DNA of 31,620 nt from Candidatus Rokuibacteriota bacterium (GCA_044866005.1 JBIOTN010000238.1:1-31620); one strand, 5' to 3'; counted from the first letter of the stretch, positions 17,456 to 26,961 are shown. Numbers and translations: made by a program. The notes: generated from the letters alone by a model not told the origin.

Positions 17456-18190
17456 ATGCTGCGGAACCCCGGGCCGTCGCCCTGGATCATCGCGCATCGC
17501 GGCGCCTCCGAGGAGGAGCCCGAGAACACGCTGCGGGCGTTCGCGCGGGCGATCGAGCTGGGGGCGGACCTCGTCGAGATGGACCTCCACCTCAGTCGCG
17601 ACGGCCACCTGGTGGTGATTCACGATGCGCGGGTCGACCGCAGGACGAACGGGACCGGCGAGGTGGTCGGGCTGACGCTGGCCGAGCTGCGGCGGCTCGA
17701 CGCGGGCAAGGGGGAGCGGATCCCGACGCTCGAGGAGGTGATCGAGCTGGCGCGCGGCCGGTGCGGCCTCTACCTCGAGCTGAAGGGCGCCGGGACGGCC
17801 GGGCCGACGCTCGACACGATCCGGCGGCACGGGCTCGGGGACCAGGTCATCGTCGGCTCGTTCGACCCGGCGCTGGTGCGGGAGGCCGGCGAGCGGAACC
17901 CGGACGTCGCGACCTCGCTGCTCGTCGGAGACGCGGTCGACGATCCGGTCGCCGCCGCGCGGGACGCGCGGGCCGCCTACGTCCATCTCTGCTGGGAGCG
18001 GCGGGCGCCGGACCCCAGCGCGCTCCTGACCGGCGCCCTGCTCGGGCGGATACGCGCGGCCGGGCTCGGCATCGTCCTCTGGCACGAGGAGCGGCCCCAC
18101 GTCATCGCGCGGCTGCGCGGGGTGCCCGTGGACGGCGTCTGCGGGAACCGGCCGGAGCTGCTGCGGCCGCTCAAAGCGCGCGCGTGGTGA
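17456..18190 (+). CDS. Glycerophosphodiester phosphodiesterase family protein
   Basis: IAHRGAS, PENTLRAF, EMDLHLSRDGHLVVIHD and IPTLEE; ATG 17456. Confidence 0.92.
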   Translation: MLRNPGPSPWIIAHRGASEEEPENTLRAFARAIELGADLVEMDLHLSRDGHLVVIHDARVDRRTNGTGEVVGLTLAELRRLDAGKGERIPTLEEVIELARGRCGLYLELKGAGTAGPTLDTIRRHGLGDQVIVGSFDPALVREAGERNPDVATSLLVGDAVDDPVAAARDARAAYVHLCWERRAPDPSALLTGALLGRIRAAGLGIVLWHEERPHVIARLRGVPVDGVCGNRPELLRPLKARAW

Positions 18191-18831
18191 GGGTCGAGCT
18201 GCCACCCCGCGCCGTCTTCGAGCCCCCGAGCTATCCGAACGTCTGGCTCTACGTGCACGAGCGGCTCGCGCCGTCCCAGGACGAGGCGGTCCGCTGGCTC
18301 ACCGGCTGGCTGCGCGAGCGCTGCGGGATCGTGAACGACTTCGGCCGGTTCAAGGCGCCGGAGGCCTCGGATGCCCAGGCCCGCCTCGGCCGCCTCCAGC
18401 CGTGGGGCGACCCCGGCGACCCCGCCCTGGCCCATGCCCACGACCTCCACGTCCGCTACTACTGGGTGGCGCTGCGGCAGCGCGGCGAGGACCGGGCGGG
18501 GCCCTACGTCCGCTTCGCCGCCAGCGTCCACTACGAAGTCGAAGACGAGCACCCGCGCCATCCCGACATCGACGAGTGCCCGAGCTGCGGCCGGACCGGC
18601 GAGTACGCGGGGGCGGCGGACCTCTTCGCCGGCGTCCACGAGCCGCTGGGCCTCGAGCTCTTCTGCTACGGCACCGTCCGTGGCCAGCCGGTCGCCCGGG
18701 CCGACGGGACGCCGGCCCGGGGGCTGCTCGGCCTCCGCGACGAGCACGGGCTCGAGATCGAGCGCCTGCCCCCGGTCCGTCCGGACATGAACGTCGTCGC
18801 CCTCGCCGTGGCCGTGATCGGGCCGCGCTGA
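18187..18831 (+). CDS. Hypothetical protein with a CxxC motif (214 aa)
   Basis: GTGA overlap upstream and TGATG overlap downstream; GC3-biased; HPDIDECPSCGRTGEY. Confidence 0.8.
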   Translation: MRVELPPRAVFEPPSYPNVWLYVHERLAPSQDEAVRWLTGWLRERCGIVNDFGRFKAPEASDAQARLGRLQPWGDPGDPALAHAHDLHVRYYWVALRQRGEDRAGPYVRFAASVHYEVEDEHPRHPDIDECPSCGRTGEYAGAADLFAGVHEPLGLELFCYGTVRGQPVARADGTPARGLLGLRDEHGLEIERLPPVRPDMNVVALAVAVIGPR

Positions 18832-19673
18832 TGCGGCCGCTCGGCGTGAGCGCCTGGATCTACGGCGACGCCCCGCTCGAGGCGACGCTGGCCCGGATCG
18901 CCGCCGCCGGGTACGACGCGGTCGAGCTGCCGGGGGAGCCGGACCGCTGGCGGGCCGCCGACCTGCGCCGCCTGCTCGATCGGCACCGCCTGACGCCGGT
19001 CGCCCTCACGGCGTCGTGCCTGTTCCCGGATACCCGGCGCGACCTCGCCCATCCCGATCCCACGATCCGGCGGGACGCCGTCGCCTATCTCGTCGCGTGC
19101 CTCCGCTGGGCGGCCGACCTCGGGGTCCCGCTCGTCCAGATGCTGCCGTCCGGAGAGACGCGGCTCGGGCCGCTCGCGTCACCGGCCGACGAGTGGGCGT
19201 GGTCGGTGGCCGGCATGCGCGAGGCCGCCCGGGAAGCCGAGCGGCTCGGCGTCCGGATCGCCGTCGAGCCGCTCAACCGCTACGAAGCCTATCTCGTGAC
19301 CAGCGCGGCCGAGGCGCTCCGCTATCTCGACGCGGTCGCCTCGCCGTGGGTCGGCCTCACCCTGGACCTCTTCCACGCCAACATCGAGGAGCCGGACATC
19401 CCGGGCTCGATCGAGGCGGCCGGCCCCCGGCTCTGGCACGTCCAGCTCGCGGACACGAACCGTCAGGGACTGGGGCGCGGCCACCTGGACCTCGGCGCCT
19501 GTCTCACGGCGCTCGGCCGGACCGCCTACGCCGGCGCGCTCGTGCTCGAGGTGATGGCCCCGGGTCCCGATCCCTTCCGCGCGATCAAGGACGAGGACTC
19601 CGCGCGGCTGCTCGACGTGTTCCTCCGCGAGTCGCTCGCACGGCTGCGGACCCTCGGGGTGGCGGGGCGGTGA
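18831..19673 (+). CDS. Sugar phosphate isomerase/epimerase (ketose 3-epimerase-like TIM barrel)
   Basis: EPLNRYE, DLFHANIEE, HVQLADTNR and GRGHLD. Confidence 0.9.
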   Translation: MRPLGVSAWIYGDAPLEATLARIAAAGYDAVELPGEPDRWRAADLRRLLDRHRLTPVALTASCLFPDTRRDLAHPDPTIRRDAVAYLVACLRWAADLGVPLVQMLPSGETRLGPLASPADEWAWSVAGMREAAREAERLGVRIAVEPLNRYEAYLVTSAAEALRYLDAVASPWVGLTLDLFHANIEEPDIPGSIEAAGPRLWHVQLADTNRQGLGRGHLDLGACLTALGRTAYAGALVLEVMAPGPDPFRAIKDEDSARLLDVFLRESLARLRTLGVAGR

Positions 19674-20515
19674 GACGCTGGAGCCGCGAGACCGGGCTTG
19701 CCATCGAGGCGGCCCGGGCGGCCGGGACGATCCTGCTGACGAGCCTGGGGCGGGTGCGGGGCATCCGGAAGAAGGCGGCCAAGGACCTGGTGACGGCGGC
19801 CGACGTGGCGGCCGAGCGGCGGATCGCGGCGATCCTCACGGCCGGCCTGCCCGGCGCCGGCTTCCGCGGCGAGGAGGGCGGGCGGCGGGGCCCGGCCGGC
19901 GAGGAGTGCTGGATCGTGGACCCCCTGGACGGCACGACCAGCTTCGTGAGAGGCTTGCCGACGTTCTCGGTCTGCATCGCGCTCACCCGCCGCGGGCGGA
20001 TCCAGACCGGGGTGATCCTGCTCCCGCGCCTCGGCGAGCTGCTCGTCGCGGAGCGTGGCCGCGGCGCCTACCTCAACGGGCGCCGCATCCGGGTCTCCCG
20101 CACGGCGGACCTGGGGGACGCGGTGCTGGCGCTCTGGCACGACGACTCGGTGTGGCGAGACCGGGCGCTGCGGGCACGCCTGAGCGCGCTGGCCCTCGCC
20201 GCCCGGCAGGCGCGGATCGAGGGGGCGGGATTCGGCCTGGCCTACGTGGCGGCAGGGCGGCTCGATGCGTACTGGGAGCAGAGCGCCGGCCCCTGGGACA
20301 TGGCCGCGGGTGTCCTGCTCGTCGAGGAAGCCGGCGGGCGTGTGACGGACGGGGGCGGCCGGCCGCTCGACCTCGAGCAGCCCACCATCCTCGCCAGCAA
20401 CGGCCGGCTGCATGGCCGGATTCTCCGGTTTCTGCGGGCCGGCCCGGCGCGGCCGGGTGCTAGAATGGGCGACCGACGGCTCGACCGGCGGCAAGCGCAT
20501 GACGGTCCCCGATAA
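19670..20515 (+). CDS. Inositol monophosphatase family protein
   Basis: DLVTAAD, GEE, WIVDPLDGT and WDMAAG; GTGA overlap. Confidence 0.92.
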   Translation: MRRWSRETGLAIEAARAAGTILLTSLGRVRGIRKKAAKDLVTAADVAAERRIAAILTAGLPGAGFRGEEGGRRGPAGEECWIVDPLDGTTSFVRGLPTFSVCIALTRRGRIQTGVILLPRLGELLVAERGRGAYLNGRRIRVSRTADLGDAVLALWHDDSVWRDRALRARLSALALAARQARIEGAGFGLAYVAAGRLDAYWEQSAGPWDMAAGVLLVEEAGGRVTDGGGRPLDLEQPTILASNGRLHGRILRFLRAGPARPGARMGDRRLDRRQAHDGPR

Positions 20516-23444
20516 GCCTCGAGGCCGGCTCTTCCGGAAATACGTCGTCCTCTTCGTCTGCCTCGTCAGCGGGGTGTTGCTGGCGAGCGGGCTCATCGAG
20601 ATCTACTTCTCGTACGCGGAGAACAAGGCCGCGCTGGCCGCGCTGCAGCGCGAGAAGGCCCTCACCGCGGCCGGCAAGATCGAGCAGTTCATCCGGGAGA
20701 TCGAGCGGCAGCTCGGCTGGACCACCCAGTCCCCGTGGAGCGCGGGCGCCGTCACGCTCGAGCAGCGCCGCTTCGACTCGCTACGGCTCCTCCGCCAGGT
20801 GCCGGCCGTGACCGAGCTGAGCCACCTCGATCCCTCCGGCCACGAGCAGCTCCGCGTGTCGCGGCTGGCCATGGACGTGGTCGGCAGCCAGATCGACCTC
20901 TCGCACGAGCCGAAGTTCCGCGAGCCGAAGGCCGGGAAGGTCTACGTCAGCCCCGTCTACTTCCGGAAGGAGTCCGAGCCGTACCTGACGCTCGCCATGG
21001 CGGGCATCGGTCCCGATGCGGGCGTGACGGTCGCCGAGGTCAACCTCAAGTTCATCCTCGACGTCATCTCCCAGCTCAAGATCGGAAAGGCGGGCCACGC
21101 TTACGTGGTGGACGCGGCCGGCATCCTCATCGCCCATCCCGACATCAGCCTGGTCCTGAAGAAGACGGACCTGGCCGCGCTGCCTCAGGTGCAGGCGGCC
21201 CGCGCCGAGTCGCGGGAAGGGGGCGCGGAGCGGGAGGAGGCGACCGTCGCCCGCAACCTCCAGGGCCGGCAAGTGCTGACCGCCCACGCCGCGATCGCGC
21301 CGCTGGGGTGGCTCGTCTTCGTCGAGCAGCCGCTCGAGGAGGCCTACGCGCCCGTCTACGCGGCGGTGCTGCGGACGGCGCTCCTCATCCTGGCCGGCAT
21401 CGCGCTGGCGGTCGTCGCCAGCCTGGTGCTCGCCAAGCGGATGGTCACGCCGATCCGCGCGCTCCAGGCCGGCGCCGCGCGGATCGGTGCCGGCGATCTG
21501 GGGCACCGGCTCGCGGTCCGGACGGGGGACGAGCTCGAGGCGCTCGGCGATCAGTTCAACAGCATGACCGGTCAGCTCGCGGAGTCCTACGCGAACCTCG
21601 AGCAGAAAGTCGACGCGCGGACGCGCGAGCTCAGCGAGGCCCTCGAGCAGCAGACGGCGACGGGCGAGATCCTGCGGGTCATCGCCGGCTCCCCGACCGA
21701 CGTCCAGCCGGTCCTGGACGCGGTGGCCGCGAACGCGGCGCGGCTCTGCGAGGCCGAGGACGCCCAGATCTTCCGGGTCGACGGCGACTGGCTCAGGCCG
21801 GTGGCATCCTTCGGACCCCTCCCGCTCCACCCGCTGGGAGACGTCCCGGCGCGAGAGGGCTACCTCATCGGGCGAGGCTGGGTGACCGGCCGGTCCGTCG
21901 CCGATCGCCGGACGGTCCACGTCCACGACCTGGCCGCGGAGCCGGACGGCGAGTATCCGGTCGGGAAGGCGCTGCAGAAGCAAGCCGGACACCGCACCAC
22001 GCTGGCCACCCCGCTGCTACGCGAAGGGATGCCCATCGGCGCCATCCTCATCCGCCGCCTGGACGTCCGGCCCTTCGCCGAGAAGCAGATCAAGCTCCTG
22101 GAGACCTTCGCCGCGCAGGCCGTCATCGCCATCGAGAACGTGCGCCTCTTCCAGGAGCTGCAGGAGCGCACCCGCGAGCTGGCGCGGTCGGTGGAGGAGC
22201 TCCGCGCGCTCGGCGAGGTCGGCCAGGCGGTCAGCTCGAGCCTCGACCTGGAGACCGTGCTCGGGACGATCGTGACCCGGGCCGTCCAGCTCTCGGCGGC
22301 GAGCGGCGGGGCCATCTACGAGTACGACGACGGCCGCGAGCAGTTCGATCTCCGGGCGACGCACGGGATGGAGGCGGAGCTGAGCGAGGCGCTGCAGGGC
22401 GCGACCATCCGCCTGGGCGACGGCGCGCTGGGGCAGGCCGGCCTGCGGCGCGCGCCCGTCCAGGTCCCGGACATCCTCGGCGAGCGGGCCGTCGTCAATC
22501 CGCGGGTTCGACCGATCCTGGCCCGATCCGGCTACCGCTCGCTTCTGGCGGCGCCCTTGCTGGTCGAGCAGCGCATCATGGGCGGGCTCGTCATCTGGCG
22601 CAAGGAGTCGGGCGAGTTCGCGCCCGAGGTCGTGAACCTGCTGGAGACCTTCGCCACCCAGTCGGTCCTCGCCATCCAGAACGCCCGCCTCTTCCGGGAG
22701 CTGGAGGAGAAGGGCCGCCAGCTCGAGATCGCCAGCCGCCACAAGTCCCAGTTCCTCGCCAACATGTCGCACGAGCTGCGGACGCCGTTGAACGCGATCC
22801 TGGGGTACACCGAGCTGGTCCTCGACGCGATCTACGGCGACGTGCCCGAGAAGATCCGCGAAGTCCTGGGGCGTGTCCACACGAGCGGCAGCCACCTCCT
22901 CGGCCTCATCAACGACGTCCTCGATCTCTCCAAGATCGAGGCCGGTCAGCTCACGCTTGCCCTCGCCGACTACTCCATGAAGGAGGTCGTCCAGGCGATC
23001 TTCACCGCCATCGAGCCGCTCGCGGCGGAGAAGCAGCTCGCGCTCCGGGTCAGCGTGCCGCCCGACCTCGCGCCCGGGCGGGGCGACGAGCGGCGCATCG
23101 CGCAGGTCCTCATGAACCTCGTGGGCAACGCCATCAAGTTCACCGAGGCGGGCGGGGTCCACGTGACCGTGACGCAGGCGGACGGCGCCTTCCAGGTGGC
23201 CGTCGCCGACACGGGGCCCGGGATCTCGGACTCCGACCAGCGACGGATCTTCGAGGAGTTCCAGCAAGCCGACAGCTCCACGACACGGAAGAAGGGCGGC
23301 ACCGGGCTCGGGCTCTCCATCGCCAAGCGGATCGTCGAGCTGCACGGCGGCCGCATCTGGGTGGAATCGCGGGTCGGGCAGGGGGCCACCTTCCGCTTCA
23401 CGCTGCCGGTGTGGGTGGAGCGCCAGGCGGGGGTAGGCCCATGA
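20499..23444 (+). CDS. Membrane sensor histidine kinase (Cache-HAMP-GAF-GAF-HisKA-HATPase)
   Basis: Two TM helices around a Cache-like region; HAMP; two GAF repeats ending IAIENVRLF and LAIQNARLF; MSHELRTPLNAI; NAIKFT. Confidence 0.93.
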   Translation: MTVPDKPRGRLFRKYVVLFVCLVSGVLLASGLIEIYFSYAENKAALAALQREKALTAAGKIEQFIREIERQLGWTTQSPWSAGAVTLEQRRFDSLRLLRQVPAVTELSHLDPSGHEQLRVSRLAMDVVGSQIDLSHEPKFREPKAGKVYVSPVYFRKESEPYLTLAMAGIGPDAGVTVAEVNLKFILDVISQLKIGKAGHAYVVDAAGILIAHPDISLVLKKTDLAALPQVQAARAESREGGAEREEATVARNLQGRQVLTAHAAIAPLGWLVFVEQPLEEAYAPVYAAVLRTALLILAGIALAVVASLVLAKRMVTPIRALQAGAARIGAGDLGHRLAVRTGDELEALGDQFNSMTGQLAESYANLEQKVDARTRELSEALEQQTATGEILRVIAGSPTDVQPVLDAVAANAARLCEAEDAQIFRVDGDWLRPVASFGPLPLHPLGDVPAREGYLIGRGWVTGRSVADRRTVHVHDLAAEPDGEYPVGKALQKQAGHRTTLATPLLREGMPIGAILIRRLDVRPFAEKQIKLLETFAAQAVIAIENVRLFQELQERTRELARSVEELRALGEVGQAVSSSLDLETVLGTIVTRAVQLSAASGGAIYEYDDGREQFDLRATHGMEAELSEALQGATIRLGDGALGQAGLRRAPVQVPDILGERAVVNPRVRPILARSGYRSLLAAPLLVEQRIMGGLVIWRKESGEFAPEVVNLLETFATQSVLAIQNARLFRELEEKGRQLEIASRHKSQFLANMSHELRTPLNAILGYTELVLDAIYGDVPEKIREVLGRVHTSGSHLLGLINDVLDLSKIEAGQLTLALADYSMKEVVQAIFTAIEPLAAEKQLALRVSVPPDLAPGRGDERRIAQVLMNLVGNAIKFTEAGGVHVTVTQADGAFQVAVADTGPGISDSDQRRIFEEFQQADSSTTRKKGGTGLGLSIAKRIVELHGGRIWVESRVGQGATFRFTLPVWVERQAGVGP

Positions 23445-23806
23445 GCCGGCGCATCCTCGTCGTCGAGGACCACGAGGACAACCGTCGCATCCTGCGCGAT
23501 CTCCTCACGAGCGCGGGCTACGAGCTGATCGAGGCGGCGACGGGCGAGGAGGGCGTCGCCGCGGCCGAGGCGCAGCGCCCGGACCTGATCCTCATGGACA
23601 TCCAGCTCCCCGGGCTGGACGGCTACGAGGCGACTCGCCGGATCCGCGCGAACCCCGCGCTCCGCCAGGTCCCCATCATCGCGGTCACCTCCTACGCGCT
23701 GAGCGGCGACGACGCCAAGGCGCTGGCGGCCGGCTGCGACGCCTACGTGACGAAGCCGTTCAGCCCGCGGGCGCTCCTCGCCAAGATCCGGGAGTACCTG
23801 CCGTGA
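23441..23806 (+). CDS. Single-domain response regulator (DivK-like)
   Basis: ATGA overlap; ILVVED, ILMDIQLPGLDG and YVTKPFS. Confidence 0.93.
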   Translation: MSRRILVVEDHEDNRRILRDLLTSAGYELIEAATGEEGVAAAEAQRPDLILMDIQLPGLDGYEATRRIRANPALRQVPIIAVTSYALSGDDAKALAAGCDAYVTKPFSPRALLAKIREYLP

Positions 23807-24945
23807 GGACGCCGCCGCGGATCCTCGTGGCCGACGACAACCCCATGAACCTCGACATCCTCAAGACGCGCCTCGGCGCCCACGGCTACGAGGTCCTCAC
23901 GGCCGGTGACGGCGAGCAGGCGCTCGACCTGGCCCGCGAGACACGGCCCGACCTGCTCCTGCTCGACGTCATGATGCCCAAGCTCGACGGGATCGAGGCG
24001 TGTCGCCGCCTCAAGGCGGACCCGGCGCTGCCCTTCATGCCGATCGTCCTGGTGACGGCGAAGGCCGACTCGAAGGACATCGTCGCCGGGCTCGAGGCGG
24101 GCGCCGACGAGTACCTGACGAAGCCCGTGGACCAGGCGGCGCTGGTCGCCCGGGTCAAGTCCATGCTGCGGATCAAGGCGCTCCACGATACGGTCCAGGA
24201 GCAGGCGGGACGCCTCGAGGCGCAGGCGAGCCGGCTCGCCGAGTGGAACCGGACCCTCGAGCAGCGGGTCGCCGAGCAGCTCGCGGAGCTCGGGCGCGTG
24301 AGCCGGCTCAAGCGCTTCCTCGCCCCGCAGCTCGCCGAGCTGGTCGTCTCCTCGGGCCAGGAGAAGCTCCTGGAGAGCCACCGGCGCGAGATCACGGTCG
24401 TCTTCTGCGACCTCCGCGGGTTCACCGCCTTCTCGGAGGCGACGGAGCCCGAGGAGATGATGGCGGTGCTCCGGCAGTACCACGAGGCCATGGGGAGCCT
24501 GATCTTCCGGTTCGAGGGGACGCTCGAGCGCTTCGCCGGCGACGGGCTCATGGTCTTCTTCAACGACCCCGTCCCGTGCCCCGACCCGGCGGCGCGCGCG
24601 GTGCGCATGGCCGTGGCGATGCGCGATCGGCTGGGCGAGCTGAGCGCGGGCTGGCGGAAGCGCGGGCACCAGCTCGAGCTGGGGGTGGGGGTCGCCCTCG
24701 GCTACGCGACGCTGGGGCAGATCGGCTTCGAAGGGCGCGTGGACTACGGCGCGATCGGCACGGTGACGAACGTCGCCTCGCGCCTCTGCGACGAGGCGCG
24801 GGGCGGCCAGATCCTGGTGAGCCAGCGCGTCCACGCGGCCGTCGAGGAGCTGGTCGAGGCGGAGCCGGTGGGCGAGCTCGCGCTCAAGGGCCTCGGCCGC
24901 CCGGTCGCCACCTACAACGTCCTCCGCCTCAAGGAGGGCCGGTGA
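23803..24945 (+). CDS. Receiver-domain class III adenylate/guanylate cyclase
   Basis: N-terminal REC (LLDVMMP, LTKP); VFCDLRGFT, FAGDG and GTVTNVASRL. Confidence 0.93.
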   Translation: MRTPPRILVADDNPMNLDILKTRLGAHGYEVLTAGDGEQALDLARETRPDLLLLDVMMPKLDGIEACRRLKADPALPFMPIVLVTAKADSKDIVAGLEAGADEYLTKPVDQAALVARVKSMLRIKALHDTVQEQAGRLEAQASRLAEWNRTLEQRVAEQLAELGRVSRLKRFLAPQLAELVVSSGQEKLLESHRREITVVFCDLRGFTAFSEATEPEEMMAVLRQYHEAMGSLIFRFEGTLERFAGDGLMVFFNDPVPCPDPAARAVRMAVAMRDRLGELSAGWRKRGHQLELGVGVALGYATLGQIGFEGRVDYGAIGTVTNVASRLCDEARGGQILVSQRVHAAVEELVEAEPVGELALKGLGRPVATYNVLRLKEGR

Positions 24946-24971
24946 GATTCGGTCGTCCGAGGCGCATGGCC

Positions 24972-25025
24972 GGCCTCGCGATGCCGCAGTCCATGCTCGC
25001 TCGCGCGGACGAAGTGATCCAATGA
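24972..25025 (+). pseudogene. Isolated 3' end (17 codons plus stop) of an ABC_sub_bind gene
   Basis: GLAMPQSMLARADEVIQ* matches the ends of the next two genes (GLVIPRSLLIRADEVIQ*, GLTIPQSVLLRADALVQ*). Confidence 0.75.
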
Positions 25026-25993
25026 GGACGGTGTGGGTCCTCGGCCTGGGACTCACCATCCTTCTCGGTCCCGCTACCGCGGACGCCCAGCCGAGCCGGA
25101 AGGTGTGGCGCATCGGCTTTCTCGTCCCGGCAGCCCACCCGCCGTCCTGGACCGAGGGGTTCCGGCAGGCACTGCGTGATCTCGGGTACGTCGAGGGGCA
25201 GAACGTCGTCATCGAGTGGCGGCACGCGGAGGGCCGGAAGGACCTGGGCGCCCGCCTTCTCGAGGAGCTCGTCCGTCTCAAGGTGGATGTGATCGTGACG
25301 TGGACGACCCCCGCGGCTCGCGCCGCACAGCGAGCCACGAACACCATCCCGATCGTCGCGTATACGGGCGACCCCGTCCGCACGGGACTCGTGGCGAGCC
25401 TCGCGCGGCCGGGCGGGAACGTCACGGGGATCGCCATCCTGACGGAGGAGCTGGAGGTGAAAGCTCTGGAACTCCTCAAGGAAGCGGTTCCGACCGCCGT
25501 TCGGATCGGCCTCTTGTGGAATCCGGCCAATCCCGTGTGGGCTGCGAGCCTGAAAGATCTTCAGAATGCAGCGCAGGCGTTGCGGGTCAACCTTCTCCTG
25601 CTCGAAGCGGCGGACGCCGGTCAGGTCGAGAAGGCCTTTGCCGCCGCCGTGCGAGGCCGCGCCGGGGCGCTCCTCGTCCCGCGCGACGGGTTGTTCACGC
25701 AACACTCGGAGCGGATCGTCGAGCTGGCTGCCCAGACCCGGCTTCCCGCCATGTACGGGGGGCGCCAGTTCACCGACGCCGGAGGGCTACTGGCGTACGG
25801 CGTGACCACCGCCAAGCTCTTCGGGCGGCTCGCCTCGTACGTCGACAAGATCCTCAAGGGGGCAAGGCCGGCCGATCTGCCGGTCGAGCAACCGACTGAA
25901 TTCGAGTTGACCGTCAACCTCAAGACCGCGAAGGCCCTCGGGCTCGTCATCCCGCGGTCCCTCCTCATCCGCGCGGACGAGGTGATCCAATGA
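25022..25993 (+). CDS. ABC transporter substrate-binding protein, ABC_sub_bind family (orphan)
   Basis: Signal peptide; SLARPGGNVTG; YVDKILKGARPADLPVEQPT. Confidence 0.92.
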   Translation: MRTVWVLGLGLTILLGPATADAQPSRKVWRIGFLVPAAHPPSWTEGFRQALRDLGYVEGQNVVIEWRHAEGRKDLGARLLEELVRLKVDVIVTWTTPAARAAQRATNTIPIVAYTGDPVRTGLVASLARPGGNVTGIAILTEELEVKALELLKEAVPTAVRIGLLWNPANPVWAASLKDLQNAAQALRVNLLLLEAADAGQVEKAFAAAVRGRAGALLVPRDGLFTQHSERIVELAAQTRLPAMYGGRQFTDAGGLLAYGVTTAKLFGRLASYVDKILKGARPADLPVEQPTEFELTVNLKTAKALGLVIPRSLLIRADEVIQ

Positions 25994-26961
25994 GCAGGGC
26001 GTGGGTCTGGACCCTGGTCTCCGTGCTCGTCCTCGCGGGGAGCCTGGCCGGCGCGCAGCCGCCGGGGAAGGTCTGGCAGGTCGGGCTCTTCCACGTCGGG
26101 CTGGACCACGTGCCGCCGTCGCTCGACCCGCTGCGCGAGGAGCTCAGGCGGCTCGGCTACGAGCCGGGGAAGAACGTGCACCTGGACTGGCGGAACCTCC
26201 CCGACGAGGACGCCGCCCGCGAGACGGCCCGGGAGTTCGTCCGGAACCGCGTGGACCTCATCGTGGCCTTCGAGAACCAGACGGTGCGCGCCGCCAAGGC
26301 GGCGACGACCGAGATCCCGGTCGTCTTTCTCCACGTCGACGACCCGGTGGCCAATGGGTTCGTCAAGAGTCTCGCCCGCCCGGGCGGGAACCTGACGGGC
26401 CTGGTGACCTATGCCGTGTCGCAGGCCAAGCAGATCGAGCTGTTCCGGGAGCTGGTCCCGACGCTCCGTCGCCTGCTGGTCCTGGTCGATCCCGACGAGC
26501 CCACCATGCCCCGCATCCTGGCCGACGTGAGGAGCGCCGCGGCGGTGCTGCAGCTCCGGCTGCAGGAGCGGGAGGCCCGGAAGCCGCCGGACCTCGAACG
26601 GGTCTTCGCCGCGCTCAAGCCGGGCGAGGTGGACGGGGTCTACGTCGCCTCCCAGCGGCTTCGCGCCAACCACAGCGCGCTGCTGATCGAGCTCGCGTCC
26701 ACCCGCCGACTGCCGCTGGCCAGCCATCGCAAGGAATGGGTCGAGCGGGGCGCCCTGTTCTCCTACGCCACGGACGTCGCGGGCCTGGGCCGGGTCGCCG
26801 CCCGGTACGTGGACCGGATCCTGAAGGGGGCGAAGCCCGGGGACCTCCCGGTGGAGCAAGCCGCGAAGTTCGAGCTGGTGATCAATCTCAAGGCCGCCAG
26901 GGCCCTCGGGCTCACGATCCCGCAGTCCGTCCTGCTGAGGGCGGACGCGCTCGTCCAGTGA
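25990..26961 (+). CDS. ABC transporter substrate-binding protein, ABC_sub_bind family (orphan)
   Basis: Signal peptide; SLARPGGNLTG; YVDRILKGAKPGDLPVEQ; ATGA overlap. Confidence 0.92.
   Translation: MSRAWVWTLVSVLVLAGSLAGAQPPGKVWQVGLFHVGLDHVPPSLDPLREELRRLGYEPGKNVHLDWRNLPDEDAARETAREFVRNRVDLIVAFENQTVRAAKAATTEIPVVFLHVDDPVANGFVKSLARPGGNLTGLVTYAVSQAKQIELFRELVPTLRRLLVLVDPDEPTMPRILADVRSAAAVLQLRLQEREARKPPDLERVFAALKPGEVDGVYVASQRLRANHSALLIELASTRRLPLASHRKEWVERGALFSYATDVAGLGRVAARYVDRILKGAKPGDLPVEQAAKFELVINLKAARALGLTIPQSVLLRADALVQ

Noticed and set aside
20735..23440. 1023-aa ORF ending in a receiver domain, suggesting a giant fusion
   Set aside because: Off-frame Arg/Gly/Pro-rich shadow of the kinase; only 23441-23806 is real
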